Below, one piece after another: positions 9,626-18,372 of a DNA stretch of 64,000 nucleotides (position 1 is the first letter of the stretch; every line of letters begins with the position of its first letter). Made by a program: the position numbers and the translations under genes. The stretch comes from Pseudolabrys sp. (GTDB lineage Bacteria; Pseudomonadota; Alphaproteobacteria; Rhizobiales; Xanthobacteraceae). Location: NCBI GenBank assembly GCA_036557605.1, contig DATBHE010000074.1:17671-81670 (forward strand), read 5' to 3'. Under the pieces are notes generated by a model. The model did not search any database, was not told the DNA's origin, and saw only the letters and a list, made by a program, of their open reading frames with translations.

Positions 9626-9982
9626 AAGCCTACCCCGGACGACGATCCCCGGCAGCAGATGCGCTGCCTTTGAGCTAAACCCTAGCAGACAGCACTAAAA
9701 CTGTTATTGGAAAGACGATGCGCTTTTTGCTCAATTTCGATAGAAATTTTAGTCAAAGTTGAATCATTCGTTGCCGCGAAAATTTGCCCGATGGTCGGGA
9801 ATCCGGTGTCTATCAGCCGCTTTTCGACATTCGATATGGTTACCGGATCGGTAAGGATCGGCGACAGCTGGCAGTCAGTTCGCACGGTGACAACTGAAAT
9901 TTCACCATGACCTGCAAATAGCTTCTCAGTCGTTTCCCCGACGGGTTCAGACGATGCATGTACGGGTCACCGAGGCCGACTT

Positions 9983-9997
9983 TTAGCCTTCGCTTAA
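9983..9997 (+). promoter_or_regulatory. CtrA-box-like site (TTAG-N7-TTAA)
   Basis: TTAG ccttcgc TTAA, one mismatch to TTAA-N7-TTAA, 67 bp upstream of the 10064 ORF. Confidence 0.55.
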
Positions 9998-10063
9998 GTC
10001 CCTTTGCCCTAAGGTCCGCCTGAAGACAGGGGCGCGTTTGTTCATCAAGACGCGACGGGACGG

Positions 10064-10207
10064 GTGCGTTTCCTCACGCCAATATGGAATTACGTCGATG
10101 GCTTGGTTCCCGCCGGGGTACCAAACATACGACAGCTCCGGGCTCGGACGGAACGCTGTCGCGATATTGCATATGTATCAAATGATCGGGTGAAAAAAAG
10201 TGCCTAG
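10064..10207 (+). pseudogene. 47-aa ORF; probable internally deleted remnant of the divJ-type PAS histidine kinase gene
   Basis: Hand translation MRFLTPIWNYVDGLVPAGVPNIRQLRARTERCRDIAYVSNDRVKKSA*; stop overlaps the GTG start of the next gene; sits where related genomes carry the kinase (recalled synteny). Confidence 0.55.
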
Positions 10208-10916
10208 ACGTTCGAGTCGGAGAAGTTCTGCCAATTCAAACGGCCTCGGCAGGATGGCTGGGGCGATCGCGCAACATCCGCGCGAATTCGTAGCGATAGT
10301 GATGTCAACCGTCGCTGTCTTCGCGATCGCCATCAACGCCTTGTTCCTGCAAAAAGGCCCGCATCCCGCGCCAATCTTTGCAACACGTCCATTGCTACAT
10401 CGAGAGGCAGCTCTGCCGCCACGTTTGTCGTCCATTCCGGGCAGCCTCGCAAGTGACATGGCCGCCCAAGGCCGGTTGCAGCTGGTTGCAAACATACAGC
10501 GCGAACTGGCGCGCAAAGGATTTTATGACGGCCCAACCGATGGCATTTGGGGATCAAAAACCGACGCCGCAGTACGAGATTTCATTCAGACGTCCGGATC
10601 CAAAGTGAATCCGGAAGCAAACGAGAATCTGCTTCGCGCAGTCACAACGTACACTGCAAGGCCCGCGCCTGCATCGACTGCGGTGTCTTCGGACCCCATT
10701 GCCAAGCTCATCGCGCCGTCCAAACGGATGGTGGCGGTACAACGCGCACTTGCCGACTTTGGCTATGGCCAGATCAAGGCAACTGGCGTCTACGATCCCG
10801 AAACCCGTAGCGCCATTGAGAAGTTCGAGCGCGATCATCATCTGCCCGTTACCGGTCAAATGTCTGATCGTCTTTTGCGCGAGCTTGCCGCAATGACCGG
10901 CCGTCCGCTCGAGTGA
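10200..10916 (+). CDS. Peptidoglycan-binding protein (N-terminal TM plus two PG_binding_1 domains, no catalytic domain)
   Basis: IQRELARKGFYDGPTDGIWGSKTDAAVRDF and VQRALADFGYG...TRSAIEKFER repeats. Confidence 0.88.
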   Translation: MPRRSSRRSSANSNGLGRMAGAIAQHPREFVAIVMSTVAVFAIAINALFLQKGPHPAPIFATRPLLHREAALPPRLSSIPGSLASDMAAQGRLQLVANIQRELARKGFYDGPTDGIWGSKTDAAVRDFIQTSGSKVNPEANENLLRAVTTYTARPAPASTAVSSDPIAKLIAPSKRMVAVQRALADFGYGQIKATGVYDPETRSAIEKFERDHHLPVTGQMSDRLLRELAAMTGRPLE

Positions 10917-10952
10917 ATGGCCTCACCACAGTAGCTCGTGCTACTGAAGCCA

Positions 10953-11303
10953 ATGCGGTTGAAAAGTGGAATCTGGGTGGCAGCCTATCTACGCCGCTGT
11001 AACGTTGAGGGGGTTTTTGCGGCGGTACGGCGGCGTGGCGCCGAAGAAGCGGGGGCCATTTTTGTGAAAGTTAACCGGCTCGACGGCACCGGGACTCTTT
11101 ATGGCCCGGCGCCTCAGACGGCATTTGATGAGGCGCAACCGGCCGACCGGATGTTTGTTGCTCTTGTAGGGCGGGATACGCCGGCACACGAAACAGATAT
11201 CGAAGCGCGGTTAATACGGGAAGTCCGCTTTGATCCGGACCTTTGGCTGATCGAGATCGAAGACCGTGCGGGCCGCAGTTTTATCGATAATGTCGTTCAA
11301 TAG
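10953..11303 (+). CDS. DUF1491 family protein
   Basis: MRLKSGIWVAAYLRR...RRGAEEAGAIFVK...FDPDLWLIEIEDR. Confidence 0.9.
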   Translation: MRLKSGIWVAAYLRRCNVEGVFAAVRRRGAEEAGAIFVKVNRLDGTGTLYGPAPQTAFDEAQPADRMFVALVGRDTPAHETDIEARLIREVRFDPDLWLIEIEDRAGRSFIDNVVQ

Positions 11304-11306
11304 CTT

Positions 11307-12164
11307 TTAGCGGGCGCTGGCTTTGGTTTTTGCAAGTCGTTCTTTCGACTTGCTGGCAGGATAGGCCGGCGTGCGCAGGTCAGATGATCGGACGCCGCTG
11401 CGCTCATCGTCCCAGTAGATGGCCTGGTGTCTCGCGTGCGGGCCAGCAGATGTCGACTGCCAGATTGCGACCATTCGCTCAGCAGCAGCAGGGTTAAGTT
11501 CATCAAACAGTCGAGAGAGCTCAAAAATGCGCTGAACCGATTGGCCGATAGTCGGATTTAGGAACAGAAGGATTCGCTGAAGCACTTCACCTTTCATTCC
11601 GAGCGCTTTTGCCGTGACAACGATAGGTTCTCCTGAATTGTCATATGTAATTCGTTCAGCGAGTGATCTGCCAATATTGAGTGCGTGCGCGAGTACGCGG
11701 CTGAATTCCGCCGGATTGCGTCGCAGCACAGCCCCTTCCAGACGCCTGACCAATTCCGCTCCCGATGGCATCGGTCGGCGCCTTGCCGGATAAGATACGA
11801 CGTCGAGATTTGTGAGGATCAGGCGACGGTCATCCGGGGCGGCCGAGAAAAACAATTCGACGAGATCTGCCCTCGTTTCATTTATCTCATCAGGCCGGCC
11901 GTCGAGCTTCTGAAGGAGCATTGCGGGAGCGTTTGAGTATTGCCGAAGCTTGTCGGCGACAAGCGCGTGCGTTGTTGAATCGATCGAATCAATGAGACCG
12001 AGCATCAGTTCGACGTACTGGGTTTCTTCTTCGGCCGTGTGCATTGGCCGATGCGTGTATAGGTCGGTAAGTACCCTCGCCAGGGTGGAACGTACGTCGA
12101 CGCCATCCCGGCAGGCCAAATCGACCAGGCTGTCGAGGGTTACGGACGCGGAACACTTCGCCAT
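11307..12164 (-). CDS. DUF2336 domain protein
   Basis: LDSLVDLACRDGVDVRSTLARVLTDLY...GEPIVVTAKALG...ILLFLNP pattern; start ATG 12164 preferred. Confidence 0.75.
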   Translation of the reverse strand: MAKCSASVTLDSLVDLACRDGVDVRSTLARVLTDLYTHRPMHTAEEETQYVELMLGLIDSIDSTTHALVADKLRQYSNAPAMLLQKLDGRPDEINETRADLVELFFSAAPDDRRLILTNLDVVSYPARRRPMPSGAELVRRLEGAVLRRNPAEFSRVLAHALNIGRSLAERITYDNSGEPIVVTAKALGMKGEVLQRILLFLNPTIGQSVQRIFELSRLFDELNPAAAERMVAIWQSTSAGPHARHQAIYWDDERSGVRSSDLRTPAYPASKSKERLAKTKASAR

Positions 12165-12209
12165 ATTTTTACGCCGGCACTGCAGATAGGCAACATTAGC
12201 CACCGCTCG

Positions 12210-12226
12210 TTAGCGGAGCGTTAACC
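12210..12226 (+). promoter_or_regulatory. CtrA-box-like site (TTAG-N7-TTAACC)
   Basis: TTAG cggagcg TTAA CC between the divergent DUF2336 gene and the 12305 ORF. Confidence 0.6.
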
Positions 12227-12304
12227 TTGCAAGTCCTTTAATTGCACAAGATGCCGGTCTGGCGGCCCTGAGGAAACAACGCCGGGGCGGAACGGGGGAC
12301 TGCA

Positions 12305-12496
12305 ATGGGCGAAATCATCCGATTTCCCGACGAGACGAATCCGCGCGGTAAATACGTCGATGCAAATACAGAACCGGCGACCGTGATCATCCTTCCCGTC
12401 ATCCGTATCGAGCGCGATCCGGACGGCTCAAACGGTCTTGAACCGCACAGCGGAAACAATCCTGGCAGACGTCGCCGCCGTCGGGCCGCGCGCTGA
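12305..12496 (+). CDS. Small hypothetical protein (63 aa)
   Basis: GGGGA SD upstream; MGEIIRFP start, TVIILPVIRIER core and Arg-rich tail. Confidence 0.7.
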   Translation: MGEIIRFPDETNPRGKYVDANTEPATVIILPVIRIERDPDGSNGLEPHSGNNPGRRRRRRAAR

Positions 12497-12520
12497 CAGA
12501 CCCGACATCGCACAACCAGA

Positions 12521-13279
12521 ATGAAATATTTCTTGCCACCCCCAGCGCGAGCGAAGGTGCGGTGGCAAGTAATTGCACTCGCGATATTTGCGTTTCTTGG
12601 GGGATGCGCAAATTACGACTTTGGCGAAGTCCACCCGGTGCTGGTGACGGATGGAATTCATGACTGGATTGGCCGCGATTCAGGCGGCCCCCATCCGGTT
12701 CCTCCATCACGCTTCGAATATACCGATGATGAGCGTTCTCTTCGGGACCTCGCGTATCCGCTTATCGAGCCGCCATTTGATCGACAGCAATGGTACTCGG
12801 TCGCGGGGGAATATGGCTTATATCGTACGGATTCAGCGGATCACGGGCGTTACTACGAACGGTTACGGTCTACCTGGCATCGCTCGCCGTCGTCGCGCTA
12901 CTCACAACTCATCGACGACATTCGCAACGACATCACCCGAATGTCGCAATTTTTTGAAACGGCCGGACGTGTGATCGATATAGACCAAAAACGTCAAAAG
13001 AGCCTGAGTTATGTAACCGCGCTTGGCAAAAAGGAGCGTCAAAACGCCCTCCGTCGCATCAGAGAAAATGCGCATGTCGTGGCGATCGTTCAGCAGAGCC
13101 TTTCCGATCGAGTCGCGTCATATCAGTTTGCGCTGGAGCGCCTTGTTATCGCTACGCCGTCGCCGCAAGCGGTGGAAGTCGAGCGATCAATCAATTTGCT
13201 GCAAAATCACATCGCGCGCTATTATCAAAATCTTCCGCCCCCCTGGACTCGCGACCGTAGCCTCGCTGCGGCAAACTAA
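12521..13279 (+). CDS. Hypothetical lipoprotein
   Basis: Signal peptide with lipobox LGG-C; helical C-terminal region. Confidence 0.75.
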   Translation: MKYFLPPPARAKVRWQVIALAIFAFLGGCANYDFGEVHPVLVTDGIHDWIGRDSGGPHPVPPSRFEYTDDERSLRDLAYPLIEPPFDRQQWYSVAGEYGLYRTDSADHGRYYERLRSTWHRSPSSRYSQLIDDIRNDITRMSQFFETAGRVIDIDQKRQKSLSYVTALGKKERQNALRRIRENAHVVAIVQQSLSDRVASYQFALERLVIATPSPQAVEVERSINLLQNHIARYYQNLPPPWTRDRSLAAAN

Positions 13280-13280
13280 T

Positions 13281-13847
13281 TCATTTACGCGATCGAGCCG
13301 GTTCGGTTTGCCTTACGCATCGGGAGGCGGCGACTGCGCTCTGCGCAGCAGGCATTAATCCAGGTTCAGGCGCCATCGCGCGGATAGCGATCAGCCCGGT
13401 GAGTGTCGGGGACTCAACGATCAACCGGTCTGCGGCAGTTATTTCTTCGTCCTCGGGCACCTGTTCGTGCTGTGCGGGTGTCATAAGGTCGAGCTCAATG
13501 ACGCGGCGGCCGGCGGCGCGATCATTGATGGCGTAGTAGGCGACGTCGTACCGGGTGTAGAAGGAAACGGAAGTATAGGCTGGACTGACCGGCACCGTGA
13601 GCTTCAGCGAGCCCTCGGATAGATCGTACCTGCACACTGCACTGGCGAAAGCCGGATCCATGAACGGCATGATGGCTTTTTCAGGCGAGGGAGCGGGCAA
13701 AGGTACGACCGTGTTCACGGGAGCGAGGGGAGTGAGCCGAGCATACGCATCCTGCGTCGCTGTGCGCGGCAAGATGATAACGGTCGCGAGATGTACGATC
13801 CCGCCGAGCAAGGCGCCGCCTATCAATAGAAGCAGCCAGCGAATCAT
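13281..13847 (-). CDS. DUF1254 domain protein
   Basis: N-terminal TM, PFMDPAF..AVCRYDLSEG motif; ATG 13847 overlaps the stop of the DUF1214 gene. Confidence 0.82.
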   Translation of the reverse strand: MIRWLLLLIGGALLGGIVHLATVIILPRTATQDAYARLTPLAPVNTVVPLPAPSPEKAIMPFMDPAFASAVCRYDLSEGSLKLTVPVSPAYTSVSFYTRYDVAYYAINDRAAGRRVIELDLMTPAQHEQVPEDEEITAADRLIVESPTLTGLIAIRAMAPEPGLMPAAQSAVAASRCVRQTEPARSRK

Positions 13848-14422
13848 GGGCAGCTCCTGGTCGAGACGGTGGGCATGGGCACTTCCCGCCCAGCCTTTGT
13901 CGAGACGCCAACAGCCGTGTCGTACAGACGAAGCACCAGCTGGTAGCGTTCGATGCCGCCGGTTGGCAGCCAATTTCCAGGATTGGCGCGTGGCGCCACA
14001 ACAATCTCGAAATTGCCGTCGGCGCGGCGCACTATTTCCTCACTTGTGAATCCGTAACGGTTAATTGAATTCGCGATGAGAGCGCCGTCGCTGTTGTACA
14101 AAGTGAGGGTCCAGAACCTGGCCGCCGGAGTGATGCCGGACAGGATGACTTCACAACGGCCATCCAGAGGTTTCCCATTGTCGTCGGCCTCAACGGTAAA
14201 GGACACTCCGTCGCCAAGCGCGACTGGCAATCGCCCTGTGCGCGCAATCGACGCACGCGCGTAAGGGTCAGCGTCGACCGTTCCCGTCTTCGGCCAGGCG
14301 GTCCAGCCTTCGATTGGCAGAGCGCCAAATGCCGCACCGCGGCTGAGAGCAAAATAAGTCATGCCCAGTCCGACGAATGTCGCAACAGCGAGAGCAAACA
14401 ACGTTCCGATTAGCAGACGCAC
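13844..14422 (-). CDS. DUF1214 domain protein
   Basis: N-terminal TM; ADPYARA, ARFWTLTLY, PGNWLP and LVLRLYD motifs. Confidence 0.85.
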   Translation of the reverse strand: MRLLIGTLFALAVATFVGLGMTYFALSRGAAFGALPIEGWTAWPKTGTVDADPYARASIARTGRLPVALGDGVSFTVEADDNGKPLDGRCEVILSGITPAARFWTLTLYNSDGALIANSINRYGFTSEEIVRRADGNFEIVVAPRANPGNWLPTGGIERYQLVLRLYDTAVGVSTKAGREVPMPTVSTRSCP

Positions 14423-14494
14423 GATCGATCCGCCGGCATGTGGAAATTATCATTCTGTCGGGAGAGACTACGCCGACCGCCAGACAGCGGCCAA

Positions 14495-16753
14495 TTAGTT
14501 ATGGTTGCCAAATGCGCGTCCCTCCAATGAGACGGCAAGTGCACCCTCTGTTTGGACCGCCTGAGCCTGCTTGTCCTTACCCCTCGAAACTGTCGGACGG
14601 GCAGGCGGGAGCGGTCCGAGCGCGCGATTTGCGTCATCCAGCATACGCTCGACACGCACCAGGATTTCGGCACCCCGCTTGGTAAGGAGCGCGGGGCGCG
14701 GCGGAGGCTGGTTATCGCCCGGTTTCGATTTAACTTCGGCGACCGCTGGCTGCTGCCGTTCCTGCGGCACAGGGATGCCAGGAAGTTGTTTCAGTTCGAT
14801 TCCCTGATGTGCATAGGCCATAATTTTGTGCCACGTCATGGCCGGAAGCGAGCCGCCCGTCATGCGATTCGTCGATTGATAGTCGTCGTTTCCAAACCAC
14901 ACACCGCATACGAAATTGCCCGTGTATCCCATGAACCAGGCGTCTCGATACGCGTTCGTGGTACCTGTCTTGCCGGCTGCAGCCACGCCGTCGAGGCGTG
15001 CGCGGCGCCCGGTGCCGTTCTCCACCACGCTGTTCATCATTTTGATCATGTCTGCGGCGACGCCAGGGGGCAGCGCCTGCCGCGGCTTCGGTCCGTCTCG
15101 ATCGAAGCGCCATACGAGTTCGCCCGTTCCGGTCCGCACTTCCAGGATGGCGTGCGGTGTAACTGCCTTGCCCAGGTTCGGGAAAGTGGCATAGGCGCCA
15201 GTGTGATCGAGCACGGTGACCTCATCGGCACCGATCGGTAAGGAAGGCGTATCAGGCAGCGGCGTGCGAATACCCATATCGTGTGCGGTCTTGACAATGC
15301 GTGCCCGCCCGACCTTGGCGTTGCCGTGACCAATCGAAATCGACAACTTCACTGCAATCGTATTGACCGAGTGGGTGAGGGCCTGAATCAGCGTCATCGA
15401 ACCCGCGTAGCCGTGGCCATAGTTGTGAGGACACCAGTTGCCGATGCACACCGGACCATCAACCACGATCGATGTCGGTTTCATGCCATTTTCCAGCGCC
15501 GTGGCGTAAACATATGGCTTGAACGATGAACCGGGCTGACGCATCGCATCCGTCGCACGGTTGAATTGACTTGCGCCGTAATCGCGCCCGCCAACCATGG
15601 CGCGCACGGCGCCATCCACATCCATCAGGACAGCCGCAGCCTGCTTCGCGTGATATTCCTGACCGTATTGCCGTAACGAGCTTTCAACCGCCGCATCAGC
15701 GTTGTTCTGGAGACTCATATCAAGCGCGGTGCGGACCACGAACACCCGCTCTGTCATTGACTTCGGAAACGTGTCGACGAGCTTTTTCATTTCGTCAAAA
15801 GCCCAGTCGAGATAATAATTTGGCGCCCGGTCGTCCCGACGATCCACCGGCGTGGCCGGATGGCGGCGAGCACCGAAAACCTGGCCTTCCGTCATCATGT
15901 TGGCTTCGACCAGGTTGTCGAGCACGACGTTGGCGCGTGCGCGCGCAGCCGGCAGGTTGATGTGGGGTGCGAATTTTGTCGGAGCCTTGAACAAGCCGGC
16001 GAGCATCGCCGCTTCGGCCAGATTCACGTCGCGCGCTGACTTGTTGAAATAATATTGAGCCGCGGCGTCGACGCCGAATGCGCCACCACCCATGTAGGCG
16101 CGATCGAGATAGAGCTTAAGGATTTCATTTTTGGTGAGGCGGGCTTCAAGCCACATCGCAAGGAAGGCTTCTTTCACCTTTCGTTCGAGTGTGCGCTCGT
16201 TGTTGAGGAATAGATTTTTGGCAAGCTGTTGTGTAATCGAAGAGCCGCCTTGCACGACGCCGCCCGCTCTGGTGTTTGCTACCAGCGCGCGCGCCGTACC
16301 GGCGAGATCGATTCCGAAGTGTTCATAGAAACGCCGGTCTTCTGTCGACAGCACAGCCTTGATCAGATGATCAGGAAATTGATCGAGCGGAATCGAATCG
16401 TTATGCCGGATCCCGCGCGAGCCTACTTCGTTGCCGTAGCGGTCCAGGAAAGTCACCGCCAATTCGGATTTTTTCAACCAGTCATCGTCCGAAGTCTCGC
16501 GGAATGCGGGGACAGCAAGCGCCAGCAATACAACCAATCCGAACGCCCCGAGTGTTGCGCCTTCCGAAAACAATTCATTGAGCCAGCGCCGCCAGCCGGA
16601 GACGTGGAAACGGTCCATGAAGGTTGAAAAGCGCTCGTAAGTTTCGCGAGCGCCCGAAGCCCCCCGGAACAGGCTGAAGTCGATCCATGAGTCCAGCCGG
16701 AGCAGGAATCGCTTGATGCTGGACTTCCAGTCCTCGGGGAACAGTTCGCGCAA
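14495..16753 (-). CDS. Class A (PBP1A-family) penicillin-binding protein, transglycosylase/transpeptidase
   Basis: TG motifs EDRRFYEHFG, GGSSITQQLAKN, RKVKE; TP motifs SSFK, SVN, KTG. Confidence 0.95.
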   Translation of the reverse strand: MRELFPEDWKSSIKRFLLRLDSWIDFSLFRGASGARETYERFSTFMDRFHVSGWRRWLNELFSEGATLGAFGLVVLLALAVPAFRETSDDDWLKKSELAVTFLDRYGNEVGSRGIRHNDSIPLDQFPDHLIKAVLSTEDRRFYEHFGIDLAGTARALVANTRAGGVVQGGSSITQQLAKNLFLNNERTLERKVKEAFLAMWLEARLTKNEILKLYLDRAYMGGGAFGVDAAAQYYFNKSARDVNLAEAAMLAGLFKAPTKFAPHINLPAARARANVVLDNLVEANMMTEGQVFGARRHPATPVDRRDDRAPNYYLDWAFDEMKKLVDTFPKSMTERVFVVRTALDMSLQNNADAAVESSLRQYGQEYHAKQAAAVLMDVDGAVRAMVGGRDYGASQFNRATDAMRQPGSSFKPYVYATALENGMKPTSIVVDGPVCIGNWCPHNYGHGYAGSMTLIQALTHSVNTIAVKLSISIGHGNAKVGRARIVKTAHDMGIRTPLPDTPSLPIGADEVTVLDHTGAYATFPNLGKAVTPHAILEVRTGTGELVWRFDRDGPKPRQALPPGVAADMIKMMNSVVENGTGRRARLDGVAAAGKTGTTNAYRDAWFMGYTGNFVCGVWFGNDDYQSTNRMTGGSLPAMTWHKIMAYAHQGIELKQLPGIPVPQERQQPAVAEVKSKPGDNQPPPRPALLTKRGAEILVRVERMLDDANRALGPLPPARPTVSRGKDKQAQAVQTEGALAVSLEGRAFGNHN

Positions 16754-16964
16754 GGCGTGATGCTCTTGAAACAGACGTCGGCCAAACGACCGACAACAAT
16801 TTTAGCCGATCAGCGGACGGACGGCCAATGCCGCAATTCCGGCCGGTTGAAACCAAGGTGAACGGAAAATACCGTCAAAAATGGCCGAAATGAGCCTCCT
16901 CGGGCATGCGATGACGTGTTACTCGGGAAAAGCTAAAACCTGAAACCCCTCAAGGATTCGTTGT

Positions 16965-17507
16965 ATGACCGCCCCGCACCCCCCGTTTTGGCGCCGCAAA
17001 GCCATGTCGGAAATGACGCCGGCAGAATGGGAGAGTTTGTGCGACGGCTGTGGGCGCTGTTGCCTGAACAAGTTGATCGACGAGGATACAAATGAAACGG
17101 TGTTCACCGATGTCGGTTGCCGGTTACTCGACTGTAACAGTTGCCGTTGTCGTGACTATGCCCGCCGTCAGTCAAAAGTGAAGGATTGCGTGCGGTTGAC
17201 GCCACGCAACGTCAGCCGCCTGAAGTGGTTACCGCCGACCTGCGCTTATCGACTGGTGGCTGAAGGCAAAGACCTAGCCTGGTGGCATCCGCTGGTGTCC
17301 GGCGATTCAGAAAGCGTGCATCGCGCCGGCGTGTCGGTGCGCGGCCGCGTCGCAGCGAGCGAAGCCGACGTATCGGATGACCGCCTCGAGGAATACATTG
17401 TCAGTTGGCCGGGCAAATGGCCGAAGGGCACACGTCGAGCGCCGCTAACTCGAGGTGATTCCGCGCAAGCCCATCAACGTCCCCGCGGAACGATCGCAAA
17501 ATCATAG
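16965..17507 (+). CDS. ycgN: YcgN/UPF0260 cysteine-cluster protein
   Basis: [30 protein letters not shown]. Confidence 0.9.
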   Translation: MTAPHPPFWRRKAMSEMTPAEWESLCDGCGRCCLNKLIDEDTNETVFTDVGCRLLDCNSCRCRDYARRQSKVKDCVRLTPRNVSRLKWLPPTCAYRLVAEGKDLAWWHPLVSGDSESVHRAGVSVRGRVAASEADVSDDRLEEYIVSWPGKWPKGTRRAPLTRGDSAQAHQRPRGTIAKS

Positions 17508-18283
17508 GCACGCGGTTCGGCCGCACCGTAAAACGAATAGTGCCACCATTCGCGGAAGTAGTTGGCAAAGCCGTGTCGGCGCATCGCCGATTGCAGCACA
17601 AGACGCCAGTGCCGTTGTTCGGGCAAGATCGCGCTGTTGGTGCCGTAGCTTCTTGTATCAAAACAGTCAAAGCCGGTGCCCATGTCAATGCTGTTATCAG
17701 GAGCGCGGTCGATTGCGGGGCCGGTGCAAGGGCCGTATTGCGCGGCCGGATCAAATCTCGGTGTGGGTGACGCTGGCAAACTGACCAAGGTGAGGTCGAC
17801 TGCGGTACCGGTCGAATGCCGTGATTGAGCGGCGATAAATCCAAGCGCGAAAAGGTTGCGTTTGTTCAGTGCCGGATAAAATCGGCGACTGATCGTGGCG
17901 TCATTTCCATCATGCGCCCAGGAGATCATGGCACGGACAGCTCGGATTGGGCGGTAGCAGTCATAAACCTTCAAGCTCAGGTTTTGCCGCTTCAGATCGA
18001 ACTGAACCTGCCTGAGCGCTTCTGCCGTTTCGCGTCGAAGCACGCACTCAGGTGACGTATAGCCGGGTAGGGGATGTCCCGTGAAATTGTCGTGCGTCGC
18101 ATAGCGGATATCCTGCACGATGCTCGAATCAACATCGCGAAGATAGACAAAGCCGGGTGCAAGCATGTCGCGCGCACTTGCGATGGTCAAATCCAAGTGA
18201 GCACCAAGAAGAGCGAGCATCGCACAGCTGAAGCCCAGCAATGATCGGCGCGACGCTCGCTGTATCATGCTATATCCGCACAT
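17474..18283 (-). CDS. ddpX: M15 family D-Ala-D-Ala dipeptidase (VanX/DdpX-like) with N-terminal export signal
   Basis: [16 protein letters not shown] (SxHxxGxAxD), EWWHY zinc motifs; start at 18283 or 18268. Confidence 0.88.
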   Translation of the reverse strand: MCGYSMIQRASRRSLLGFSCAMLALLGAHLDLTIASARDMLAPGFVYLRDVDSSIVQDIRYATHDNFTGHPLPGYTSPECVLRRETAEALRQVQFDLKRQNLSLKVYDCYRPIRAVRAMISWAHDGNDATISRRFYPALNKRNLFALGFIAAQSRHSTGTAVDLTLVSLPASPTPRFDPAAQYGPCTGPAIDRAPDNSIDMGTGFDCFDTRSYGTNSAILPEQRHWRLVLQSAMRRHGFANYFREWWHYSFYGAAEPRAYDFAIVPRGR

Positions 18284-18372
18284 AGCACCCCCGCGCCTCC
18301 GCGTCTTGCTTTGCCGGAACTGCCGAGGCATTCAGCACATTGTCGGTAGCCAAATCTTTTCGAACCACACCT

